Origin: an uncultured Holophagales bacterium
Lineage (GTDB): Bacteria > Acidobacteriota > Thermoanaerobaculia > Multivoradales > UBA5704
Reading direction: 5' to 3'
NCBI GenBank assembly: GCA_963842525.1
Contig: CAWJGT010000019.1
Location: 128,001 to 192,000, forward strand
DNA: 64,000 bases
The notes under the pieces were generated by a model, which searched no databases, was not told the DNA's origin, and worked only from the letters and a program-made list of their open reading frames with translations. Shown piece after piece: positions 10,121 to 20,621 of the stretch; within the stretch, counting starts at the first letter, position 1, and each line of letters opens with the position of its first letter. The position numbers were made by a program, and so were the translations under genes.

Positions 10121-11152
10121 ACCTCACCCCCGGGGGTGCGGCCGTCCAGCCACTCCCAGAAGGCCGGCTCGGGCTCGGCGCGCACGGGCAGCTCGGCCAG
10201 GGGGAGGTCGAAGCAGGCGGCCGAGGAGCTTGACGCGGTCCTTGGCGGTGGTGAGCACGACGGCGGCTCCGCTCGCTCGGAAGGCTTCCTCGATCCGCTG
10301 AAGGCTCGGCGCCGGATAGGCGTGGTGATCCGGAAAGCGCAGCTCTCCGACGACGTCGAGGCCGGCCTCCCGGGCCGCGGCGGCGAAGCCTTCGGGCCGC
10401 GCGATGGCGGAGACGAGGAAGACGCGCGTCCCTTGCTGTAGCTCCGTCTGAGCGGCGCCGATCCGCCGCGGCCGGCCGGGACGGGTGGCGCTTGCGAAGC
10501 CGGGGCCGGTGAAGCCGTACGGGCGCAGCGCCTCGGCGAGCTTCCGGCCGTCCTCGGCGGTTGGAGGGGGGCCAGCTCCGGTCAGGACCACGGCGTCGGC
10601 GCGGGCGATGGATGACAGCGGCTCGCGCAGGCGGCCGGAGGGGAGGAGGCGCCCGCGCGCGAAGGGATCGGCGGCCGGGAAGGCGACGAGGTCCAGGTCG
10701 CGGTGGAGCGCCAGATGGGAAAAGCCGTCGTCCAGGAGGAAGACATCGGGAGGCGACGGCAGCCGGTGCAGGGCCTGATGGCCGGCGTGCCAGCGGTCGG
10801 GCCCGACGACGATGGCCACGCCCGGCAGCTCGCTGGCGAGGAGCACGGGCTCGTCCCCGGCCACCACGGGATCCAGGAGCGGCCCGCCGCCGAAGCTCAC
10901 CACCCGCACCCCGCGCCCCCGGCTCGCATAGCCACGGGACAGGATGCACACGGCCAGGCCGCGGTCGCGCAGGTGGGAGGCGATCGCGGCCACCAGCGGC
11001 GTCTTGCCGGTCCCGCCCCAGTGGAGGTTGCCCACGCTCACCACCGGCCGCGGCAGCCGCCGCGCTCGCGAGCTGTACCAACGGTGCCGCAGCCGGTGCG
11101 CCCCGCCATAGAGGAGCTGCCAAGGGGAGGTCGGGGGAGAAGGTGCTTTCAA
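10117..11152 (-). CDS. lpxK: Tetraacyldisaccharide 4'-kinase (apparent +1 frameshift near 10213)
   Basis: VSVGNLHWGGTGKTP, ILSRGY, GDEP, LLDDGFSH, FPDHH and TTAKDRVKL motifs. TTG start overlaps the waaA stop; the C-terminus (LPVRAEPEPAFWEWL) lies in the adjacent frame. Confidence 0.9.
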
Positions 11153-12456
11153 GCCGGGCCTCCGGGGGCCAGGGGGTGAGGGATCACCTCCGTCAGCATC
11201 GCCACCGTCCGCCCGACCGCCCCGCGGTTCTCCTCGACCAGCCGCGCGGCGCGCTCTCCCAGCTCGCGGGCGGCCTGTGGATCGTCGAGCCACTCCAGCC
11301 AGATCACACCGAGCTCGCCGGCGTCGCGCACCCGCCGCCAGGCGCGGGCACGGTCGAGCTGCTCGGCCATGTCGCGGAAGTTCTCCATGGAAGGCCCGGC
11401 CGCCACGGGCACGCCGAAGCGCGCCGGCTCCAGCGGGTTGTGGCCGCCGGTTGGTACCAGGGTGCCGCCGATGAACGCTGCGGCGGCCAGCCGGTAGAGC
11501 CCGGCGAGCTCGCCGAGGCTGTCGAGGAGAAGGACAGCGGGCCGCCCTTCGGCAGGCAGCGCGGTGCGCCGGGCATGGTCGATCCCGCGGGAGCGCAGCA
11601 GGGCGGCTGCCTCGTCCCAGCGCTCGGGGTGGCGCGGCGCGAGGACCAGCAGGGCCCGCTCTCCGCCGCCGGCCTGCTGGTGGGCGTCCAGGACCTGCTC
11701 CTCTTCTCCAACCATGGTGGAGCCGGCGACGAGGATCGGCCGGCCGCCGGCGAGGCGCGCCAGGGCCTCTTCGACCTCGGGCTTGCGCGGCGGCTCGGGG
11801 GTCTCATACTTGAGGTTGCCGGTGACGGCGATCCGCTCCACGGGCACCCCGAGGCCGGCGAGCCGGTCGCGGTCCTGCCCGGTCTGGACGCCGAAGCGGG
11901 CGACGCCGGCGAAGAGAGGGCCGAGCAGGGGGCGGAGCCGCTGCATGCGCCGGAAGCTGCGGTCCCCGATCCGGCCGTTGACCACGGCCACGGGCAGGCC
12001 GCGGCGGCGGGCCTCGCGCAGGACGAGGGGCCAGTAGTCCCCTTCGACCAGGACCAGGGCGCGGGGGGCGAAGCGGTCGAAGAAGCGGGAGACGGCGAAG
12101 CCCAGGTCGAAGGGGAGGTAGGCCACCTCGGTCCGGCCGTCCTGGAGCCCGTCCTGGAAGAGGGCCCGGGCCCGGGCCTGCCCGGTGGGGGTCACCGTGG
12201 TCACCAGCAGGGGAAGGTCCGGGGGGAGCGCTCGGGCCAGCGTGGCCGCGACGCCGACCTCGCCGACGGACACGGCGTGCAGCCACAGCCGGCCGGTCGC
12301 CGCGGGCCGGGGCGCCGGATGCCGGGGATACCGGGCCAGCCGGCCGGGCAGCGTGGGCAGGTAGTGGCTCCCCCGGCGGGCGATCAGGAAGGGGCCGGCC
12401 GCGACCAGGGCGGCCCCGGTCGCAATCTGATAGAGGCCCCAGAGGAGAGATCGCAT
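11149..12456 (-). CDS. waaA: 3-deoxy-D-manno-octulosonic acid (Kdo) transferase
   Basis: LWLHAVSVGE, YLPFD, VTGNLKY, AGST, APRHPER and GGHNPLEPA motifs. Confidence 0.95.
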   Translation of the reverse strand: MRSLLWGLYQIATGAALVAAGPFLIARRGSHYLPTLPGRLARYPRHPAPRPAATGRLWLHAVSVGEVGVAATLARALPPDLPLLVTTVTPTGQARARALFQDGLQDGRTEVAYLPFDLGFAVSRFFDRFAPRALVLVEGDYWPLVLREARRRGLPVAVVNGRIGDRSFRRMQRLRPLLGPLFAGVARFGVQTGQDRDRLAGLGVPVERIAVTGNLKYETPEPPRKPEVEEALARLAGGRPILVAGSTMVGEEEQVLDAHQQAGGGERALLVLAPRHPERWDEAAALLRSRGIDHARRTALPAEGRPAVLLLDSLGELAGLYRLAAAAFIGGTLVPTGGHNPLEPARFGVPVAAGPSMENFRDMAEQLDRARAWRRVRDAGELGVIWLEWLDDPQAARELGERAARLVEENRGAVGRTVAMLTEVIPHPLAPGGPA

Positions 12457-12464
12457 CGGCGGGC

Positions 12465-12472
12465 AGTATAAT
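12465..12472. promoter_or_regulatory. Overlapping divergent -10 elements (TATAAT on +, TATACT on -)
   Basis: AGTATAAT at 12465-12472; TATACT lies 8 nt before the waaA ATG, and TATAAT precedes the ECF sigma gene. Confidence 0.5.
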
Positions 12473-12530
12473 GACCCGGCCGGATTGGCCCTAGACGCCC
12501 CTGGGCACCTCCGCGTATATAGAGACAGAT

Positions 12531-13193
12531 ATGCTCCAGCTCATCTATTCCGCCCCTCGCCAACGCGTTTCCTGGGCCGACCGCTCCGACCGCGACCTCC
12601 TGCTGGCCGTCCGCGACGGCGACGAGGCTGCGTTCGACGAGCTGATCGGCCGCAAGACCCGGCCTCTGCTCCAACTCGTCCAGCGCATCCTGGGCGACCT
12701 GGAGGAGTCGCGCGACGTCGTCCAGGTGACCTTCTTCAAGGTCTGGGAGAACCGCCGGAAGTTCGACGAGCGGTGGAGCCCCAACACCTGGATCTACCGG
12801 ATTGCCAGCAACCTGGCGATCGACCACCTGCGGTCGCGGCGCAGCCGCGAGAAGAGCCAGGAGCCCGTCCGGCTCCACCTGCTGCAGGTGGCCGACTCGA
12901 GCGCCCGGGGCGACATGTCCCGGCTGCAGCAGACCGAGGTGTCGACGATCTTCCGCGAGCTGTCGGCCGGCCTGTCGGAGAAGCAGCGCATGGCCTTCCT
13001 GCTGCGCGAGATCGAGGGCCTCTCCTCGCCGGAGGTGGCCGAGATCCTGGGCTGCCGCGAGTCGACGGTGCGCAATCACCTGTTCAATGCCCGCAAGTAC
13101 CTGCGCAGCGAGCTGCTCAAGCGCTATCCCGAGTACGCCGGCGGCTTTGTCGCCGCCGCGGATGCCTCGAACACGCCGGAGGAGGCCCTGTGA
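12531..13193 (+). CDS. ECF RNA polymerase sigma-70 factor
   Basis: Region 2 (DVVQVTFFKVW...TWIYRIASNLAIDHLR) and region 4 (LSEKQRMAFLLREIEGLSSPEVAEILG..ESTVRNHLFNAR). Confidence 0.92.
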   Translation: MLQLIYSAPRQRVSWADRSDRDLLLAVRDGDEAAFDELIGRKTRPLLQLVQRILGDLEESRDVVQVTFFKVWENRRKFDERWSPNTWIYRIASNLAIDHLRSRRSREKSQEPVRLHLLQVADSSARGDMSRLQQTEVSTIFRELSAGLSEKQRMAFLLREIEGLSSPEVAEILGCRESTVRNHLFNARKYLRSELLKRYPEYAGGFVAAADASNTPEEAL

Positions 13194-13744
13194 GCTGCCC
13201 GAGCTGGCGCGAGCTGGCCGCGGACCGCGAGCCCCATTTCGGAGGCCAGGAGGCCGAGCCCGCCTGGCGCGAGGCCCTGGAGCATTTCGACAGCGGCTGC
13301 CCGCGCTGCCGGCGCGAGGCCCTCGCCGCCGATCCGGTCCTGGTCTTCCGGCGGCTGCCGCGGGTGGAGATGAGCGACGCGCAGGAGGCGGCGGAGGTCG
13401 ACGCCGTTATCCAGGCGGTGGCCGCCATGCGCACGGCGAGCCGGGTCGAGTCCCTGGAGCGGCGGAGCCATGCCGGGGGATGGAAGAGATGGACAGCCGC
13501 CGCCGTGCTGATGGGGGCGAGCCTCTCGATCCCGGCGGACAACGGCTGGAAGCGGCTGGAGCGGAGCGAGCTCGCGGCGCCTCTGGTGCTGCCGGGCGCG
13601 TCGATGCCGGCGGCCTGGAGCGAGGCCGAGCCAACTCTCGAAGGGGTGAACATCCCCGACGCGCGGGTCTACCACATGGACAGCAATGACGTCGACGGGG
13701 TCATGATCTTCTCCGAGAGCCTGGCCGAGAGCCTGGATGTCTGA
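13190..13744 (+). CDS. Putative zinc-binding (ZAS-like) transmembrane anti-sigma factor
   Basis: GTGA overlap with the sigma stop; N-terminal C...HFDSGCPRC motif followed by a hydrophobic segment (WTAAAVLMGASL). Confidence 0.7.
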   Translation: MSCPSWRELAADREPHFGGQEAEPAWREALEHFDSGCPRCRREALAADPVLVFRRLPRVEMSDAQEAAEVDAVIQAVAAMRTASRVESLERRSHAGGWKRWTAAAVLMGASLSIPADNGWKRLERSELAAPLVLPGASMPAAWSEAEPTLEGVNIPDARVYHMDSNDVDGVMIFSESLAESLDV

Positions 13745-13818
13745 GCCGCGAGGGAGCTTGCGCAGGTCCTCTCCTCTCCCGGGTATCCGCCCTCCGCGTT
13801 GACCTTCCGAGAGCTCTG

Positions 13819-14526
13819 ATGGGAACCGTTCGCCGTACGTTCGCCGGCCTTTTGTGGCTCGCGCTGCTGGCTCCGGCCCTGGCCGCCCAGCCGCGGGACC
13901 TCAACGAGGTGGCCGTGCATTCCTATACGCTGAAGTACCGGCGGGCGGCCGATGCCGTGCAACTGATCTCGCGGCTGCTCTCGCCGCGCGGGTCGGTCGA
14001 GCTGCAGCCGGCGACCAACACCGTGGTGGTCCGCGACACGCTGGCGGCCCTCAGCCGGGTCGTCCCGGTGCTGCGCAACTTCGACCTTCCGGCCCGCCCG
14101 CTGACGATGGAGCTCCAGATCGTGCGGGCGAGCCGGTCGTCGGTCTCGCCGCCGGTGGCGCGTTCGGACCTTCCCGAGGATCTGACCCGCAAGCTGCGTG
14201 AGGTGGTGAACTACGACAACTTCAAGCTGCAGACGCGCGCGCAGCTCGCCATGCTGGAGGGTCAGCCGGGCACCTATGTGGTCGGCGGAGTCTTTGAAGT
14301 GAGGTTCCGCGTCGGCATCGTGTCGCGCGACCAGCAGGTGCGGCTCTCGGACTTCCGGATCTCGCGCCGGATGGAACGCAAGGGGGACCAGCTCCTGGTG
14401 CACACGAACCTCAACCCGTACCTCGGCAAAACGACGTTCGTCGGCCTCGCCCGCGACGAGTCGAGCCCCGAGGCGCTGATGGTGGTGCTGACGGTGCACG
14501 CCGGCGACGTGGCCCGGCGGCCGTGA
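13819..14526 (+). CDS. Secreted protein with secretin N-domain (NolW-like) fold
   Basis: Signal peptide; YTLKYRRAADAVQLISRLLSPRGSV...NTVVVRD..AALSRV..VLRNFD.P resembles secretin N-domains. Confidence 0.65.
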   Translation: MGTVRRTFAGLLWLALLAPALAAQPRDLNEVAVHSYTLKYRRAADAVQLISRLLSPRGSVELQPATNTVVVRDTLAALSRVVPVLRNFDLPARPLTMELQIVRASRSSVSPPVARSDLPEDLTRKLREVVNYDNFKLQTRAQLAMLEGQPGTYVVGGVFEVRFRVGIVSRDQQVRLSDFRISRRMERKGDQLLVHTNLNPYLGKTTFVGLARDESSPEALMVVLTVHAGDVARRP

Positions 14527-14559
14527 ATCGCCGATGAAAATGAAGGAGAAGGAAAGCCG

Positions 14560-15786
14560 ATGCAGTTCGTCTGCCGTGTAGGGACTCCGGACGGCCGGGT
14601 CCTCGAAGAGGTGATGGCGGCGAGCGACGAAACGTCGCTGCGCAGCGAGCTCGCCAAGAAGGGGCTCCACGTCTTCGAGGTGCGCCGGCGCGGTGTGCCG
14701 CGGAGGCTCTCCCCCGCCGCGCCCGGCATGGGCCTGCGGCGCCGCCGGCGCGTCTCGGCGCAGGAGTTCGTAATTTTCAACCAGGAGCTCGCGGCCCTGT
14801 TGAAGGCGGGCCTCCCCCTGCTCCAGGCGCTCGACCTGATGCTCGAACGGATGGGCAACGCGCACTTCAAGGCCGTGCTCATCGACATCCGCGACCGGGT
14901 CAAGAGCGGCGAGGAGCTCTCCGACGCCTTCGCCAGTTATGGCGACATGTTCCCGCGCCTCTATTCGTCGACCTTGAAGGCCGGCGAGCGCAGCGGCGAG
15001 CTCGAGCTGGTCATCCGCCGCTTCATCCGCTACATGAAGCTGGTGCTCGACGCGCGGCGGCGTGTGGTTTCGGCCCTGATCTATCCGGCGGTGCTGGTCG
15101 GGCTGTCGGTCGCCATGCTCGTCATCATGGCCATCTTCGTGGTCCCCAAGTTCATGGTGTTCTTCGAGAACCTGGACGCCGAGCTGCCGCTGATCACCCG
15201 CGCCGTGCTCGCGGTGTCGCGGTTTGCCAACACGAACTGGCCGCTGCTGCTGATCGTGGTGGTGGGAGGGACCTACGTGCTGCGGGCCTGGGGGCGGACC
15301 GAGAAGGGGCGGCTGGCGCTCGACGCCTTCAAGCTGCGCATCCCGCTCATCGGGTCGGTCCTCCACCGCTTCTCGCTGGCGGAGGTCTGCCGCTCGCTGG
15401 CGACTCTGCTGTCGGGCGGCATCCCGCTGGTGCCGGCCTTCGAGATCGCGATCTCGTCGGTGGGCAACGCTTATGTGCGCAGCCGCCTGGAGCCGACGGT
15501 CCAGCTCGTGCGGGAAGGCAAGCCCTTCCACGGCGCGCTGGAGGAGAGCCGGGTGTTCACCGACATGTCGATCGACATGGTGAAGGTGGGCGAGGCGACC
15601 GGGTCGCTCGACGAGATGCTCAGCAACGTCTCGGACTTCCTGGACGAGCAGATCGAGACCCGGATGCAGCGGTTGTTGTCCCTGGTCGAGCCGATGATGC
15701 TGGTGTTCATGGGCATTATGATCGCGATCCTGCTGGTGGCGATCTACCTGCCCCTGTTCAGCGTGCTCGGGCAGTCGAAGTTCTAG
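14560..15786 (+). CDS. Type II secretion F / PilC inner-membrane platform protein
   Basis: QELAALLKAGLPL, GERSGEL, ALIYP, VGEATGSLDEML and LVEP motifs. Confidence 0.93.
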   Translation: MQFVCRVGTPDGRVLEEVMAASDETSLRSELAKKGLHVFEVRRRGVPRRLSPAAPGMGLRRRRRVSAQEFVIFNQELAALLKAGLPLLQALDLMLERMGNAHFKAVLIDIRDRVKSGEELSDAFASYGDMFPRLYSSTLKAGERSGELELVIRRFIRYMKLVLDARRRVVSALIYPAVLVGLSVAMLVIMAIFVVPKFMVFFENLDAELPLITRAVLAVSRFANTNWPLLLIVVVGGTYVLRAWGRTEKGRLALDAFKLRIPLIGSVLHRFSLAEVCRSLATLLSGGIPLVPAFEIAISSVGNAYVRSRLEPTVQLVREGKPFHGALEESRVFTDMSIDMVKVGEATGSLDEMLSNVSDFLDEQIETRMQRLLSLVEPMMLVFMGIMIAILLVAIYLPLFSVLGQSKF

Positions 15787-15879
15787 GAGTGCGGGGCGTC
15801 CCGGAATCCGTGCGCCCCGCACTCTGTTAGATGCACCCGTGACATCTGGAAGATTCAGGTAGAAGAGTCAGGAGCAGCG

Positions 15880-17538
<1,659 letters not shown>

Positions 17539-18570
17539 CCGGGGCCGCGGCGCGCGATCGGGCTCCTGGCTGCTGCGGCTGCTGGGCTTCGACGCGCGGC
17601 CGGTGCCGCCGCATGTCTTCGCCCTCGATGCTGCCCGGCTGCGCTACGGCCAGTTCCTGCGCGGCGGCAACGGCTTTCGCTTCCGCTCCTGGCGCGAGGC
17701 GGCCCTGCCCAGGGACGCCTTCCATTCCGGCCTGCTCGGCGGGCCGTTGCGCGATCCGGCGGCCTTCCAGGAGCTCGTGGGCACGCTGGTGCACGGCGTT
17801 ATTGGAGGGCGTGGAGGGCGCGGAGGGCGTGGCAAGCGGGGCGTCGTCAAGGAGGCCTCGCTGGTGGTCCCCGACGCCTGGCTGCGCGTCACCTTCACCG
17901 AGAGCGGCGAGCTGCCGCGGGCCGGTGACCAGCGCGACGAGGTGCTGCGCTGGAAGCTGCGCCGCCTGGTGCCGTTCCGCGTCGACGAGCTGCGGGTCGG
18001 CGCCGCCGAGGTGACGCCGCTGCCCGGCCAGTCGGCCGACGAGCCACACCGGCTGGTCCTGGGCTTCGCCGTCGAGCAGCTCCTCGCCCAGATCGAGGAC
18101 GCCTTCGCCGCTCACGGCGTACGCATCGGCCAGATCTCGAACACCAGCCTGTCGCTCCTGCCGGCCCTGGAGGGGCTGCGGGAGGACGAGCTGACCGCGC
18201 TCGCTCTCATCGAGGACGGCGGCTACACCCTGGTCTTCAGCCTCGGGGGCGAGCCGGTGCTCCACCGCTACAAGGGGTTGACCGGCGGCCAGCCCGCGCC
18301 CGGCCAGGGCGGCCTGGTGGTGCGCGACCTGAAGCTCACCCGCAACTTCCTCGACGAGCAGTTCCCGGCGGTGCCGCTCGCCCGCGTGCTGCTGGTCTCG
18401 GCGCCCGAGCGCGAGCCGCTGTGGGTCGATCTCCTCGCCGAGGGGTTGGGCGAGCCCGCGGTGCCGCTCGACGGCCGGCACCTGCCGCCCCTGCGCGCCG
18501 AAGACCCGGCGGTCCCTCCCGCCTGGCGGGACCTCGCGCCGATGCTGGGCGCCGCCCGCAGGGAGGTGGC

Positions 18571-19362
18571 ATGAGCCTGGTGGCCGAGAAGACCGCCGTG
18601 GCGCCGCCGCCCCGGCCGGCCGCTCCGGCGCGGCGCGAGCACCTGAACCTCGCCCGCCGCGCCTTCGTCAACAACCGGCCGGTGGCGCGGGTGTCGCTGC
18701 TCCTCTGGCTGCTCGGCCTGCTGCTCCTGCTGGGCAACGTCTCGCTCTACTGGAGCTATCTCGCGGGCTCGGGGGAGAAGCGGTTCGACCTGGACCGGCT
18801 CGAAGTCAAGATCCAGCAGCAGGAACGGACGAACGGAGAGCTGGAGAGGCGCCTGGCCAACCTCAACCTGGAGCAGCAGAACCGGCAGGTCCGCTACCTG
18901 AACCAGAAGATCGCCGAGCGCACCTTCTCGTGGAGCAGCCTCTTCGACCATCTGGCCAAGGTGATGCCCGATCAGATCCGCCTGACGAGCCTGTCGCCCA
19001 GCGCCATCTCCCAGGAGGACGACACGCGGCACCTCGATGAAGAAGTGGGCCGTCCGCGGCAGACCCGGGTGCAGTTGGCCATCCACGGCGAGGCGAAGAG
19101 CGACGAAGCGCTCCTCCAGTTCGTAGACAGACTGTTCGTGTATCCGTTCGATGACGCGGACCTGTTGCGGAAATCGCGCGAGGACGACAATCTGGTGCAG
19201 TTCGACATCCGGGTCACCTACACGCCCGACGAGCCGGTCGAGGACATCGTGGTCGAAGAGCAGGAGCCGCTCTCGCCCGGCCTGCCCACGCCCGGCCTGC
19301 CCGCGCCTCCCGCTCCCGCGGCACCCGGCAGAGGCACATTGGGATCGGAGATCGACGGATGA
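18571..19362 (+). CDS. PilN-like protein
   Basis: HLNLARR.F.N motif, TM helix, coiled coil, then WSSLFDHL..VMP..IRLTSL; ATGA overlap. Confidence 0.75.
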   Translation: MSLVAEKTAVAPPPRPAAPARREHLNLARRAFVNNRPVARVSLLLWLLGLLLLLGNVSLYWSYLAGSGEKRFDLDRLEVKIQQQERTNGELERRLANLNLEQQNRQVRYLNQKIAERTFSWSSLFDHLAKVMPDQIRLTSLSPSAISQEDDTRHLDEEVGRPRQTRVQLAIHGEAKSDEALLQFVDRLFVYPFDDADLLRKSREDDNLVQFDIRVTYTPDEPVEDIVVEEQEPLSPGLPTPGLPAPPAPAAPGRGTLGSEIDG

Positions 19363-19976
19363 TCGGCTCGACCGAGATCTGGCGGCAGCGCGCCTGGCTG
19401 TGGATCCCCGCCCTGCTGTTCTTCCTGGCCAATGCCACGGCGTACAGCATCTACCGGTTCGGCTTCGCCGACCGCGTCGCCGGCCTCCAGCAGGACATGG
19501 ACGAGATCGAGGAACGGCTCACGCCGCTGGAGCAGCGCGGACGGAAGGTCCAGCGCCTGATCCAGCGCGCCGAGGCCAACCGGCGCCAGGTCCAGCAGAT
19601 CTACGACGAGCGGTTCTCGACCCGCAGCCGGCGCCTGACCGGCATCACCGCGGAGGTGGAGCGGCTGGCCCGCCAGGCCGGCCTCGATCCGCGCGACTTC
19701 ACCTTTCCGGAGCAGAACATCGAGGAATTCGGCCTGGTGAAGCGGTCCTTCGTCTTCCAGGTCGAGGGGACCTACGTCGAGCTGCGCCGGTTCATCAACC
19801 TGCTGGAGCTCTCGCCGTCGTTCCTCACCCTGGAGGCGGTGATGCTCTCCGGCGGCAGGGAGGAAGGCGAGGAGCTGCAGATCAGCCTCCGGCTCACCAC
19901 CCTGTTCGTGCGGCAGCCCGGATCGGCCGAGCCGACGCCGGCGCGCCGGGCGACGCTCCGCGGAGGGCCGTCCTGA
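19359..19976 (+). CDS. PilO/GspM-like protein
   Basis: N-terminal TM, coiled coil and VEGTYVELRRFINLLE motif. Confidence 0.75.
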   Translation: MIGSTEIWRQRAWLWIPALLFFLANATAYSIYRFGFADRVAGLQQDMDEIEERLTPLEQRGRKVQRLIQRAEANRRQVQQIYDERFSTRSRRLTGITAEVERLARQAGLDPRDFTFPEQNIEEFGLVKRSFVFQVEGTYVELRRFINLLELSPSFLTLEAVMLSGGREEGEELQISLRLTTLFVRQPGSAEPTPARRATLRGGPS

Positions 19977-20608
19977 TGCCGCCGCGGACCAAGCTGCTGG
20001 TGGGCGCCCTGGCCTTCCTCCTGCTGGTCACGGCCTGGGTCTATCTGCGCCCGGACGACGATGCCGGTGCGGTCGGCTCCACCGGAGCGCCGCCTGCCAT
20101 GGGCGCGGTCCCCGGGGCGCGGTCGACCGCGCAGAAACCGCCCGTGGAGCGCGTCGAGGAGCTGCGCGTCGCGGACCTCCTGGCGCGGCCCCGCAACGAC
20201 TCGCCGGGGCGCAACCCGTGGCTCTTCGTCGAGCCGCCGCCGCCTCCTCCCCCGCCGCCGCCTCCTCCGCCGCGCCAGCCGACAGCCGAAGAGCTCGAGC
20301 GGATGCGGCGGGCGCAGGAGGAGCTGGAGCGCCGGCGCCAGGAAGAGCTGGCCCGCCAGCAGGCCGAGGCCGCGATACCCAAGCCGCCGCCGTTCACCAT
20401 GGTGTACGTGGGGAACTTCGGCCCTCCAAGCCGGCGGATCGCGGTCTTTTTCGACGGCAAGGATACGATCAACGCCCTGGAGGGCGAAGTGATCGATGAC
20501 AAGTTCATCGTGGCCCGGATCGGCTACGAATCAGTCGACATCCAGTTCGCCGGTTTTCCCAACTGGCCGGCGCAGAGGCTGGCGGTCGGCCGTGCCGCCG
20601 TTCCATGA
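19976..20608 (+). CDS. PilP/GspC-like proline-rich protein
   Basis: TGATG overlap; TM, GRNPWLF, poly-Pro linker and C-terminal beta domain (YVG..G...IAVF...EGEVI). Confidence 0.6.
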   Translation: MPPRTKLLVGALAFLLLVTAWVYLRPDDDAGAVGSTGAPPAMGAVPGARSTAQKPPVERVEELRVADLLARPRNDSPGRNPWLFVEPPPPPPPPPPPPPRQPTAEELERMRRAQEELERRRQEELARQQAEAAIPKPPPFTMVYVGNFGPPSRRIAVFFDGKDTINALEGEVIDDKFIVARIGYESVDIQFAGFPNWPAQRLAVGRAAVP

Positions 20609-20621
20609 TGACGGAGGAAAG

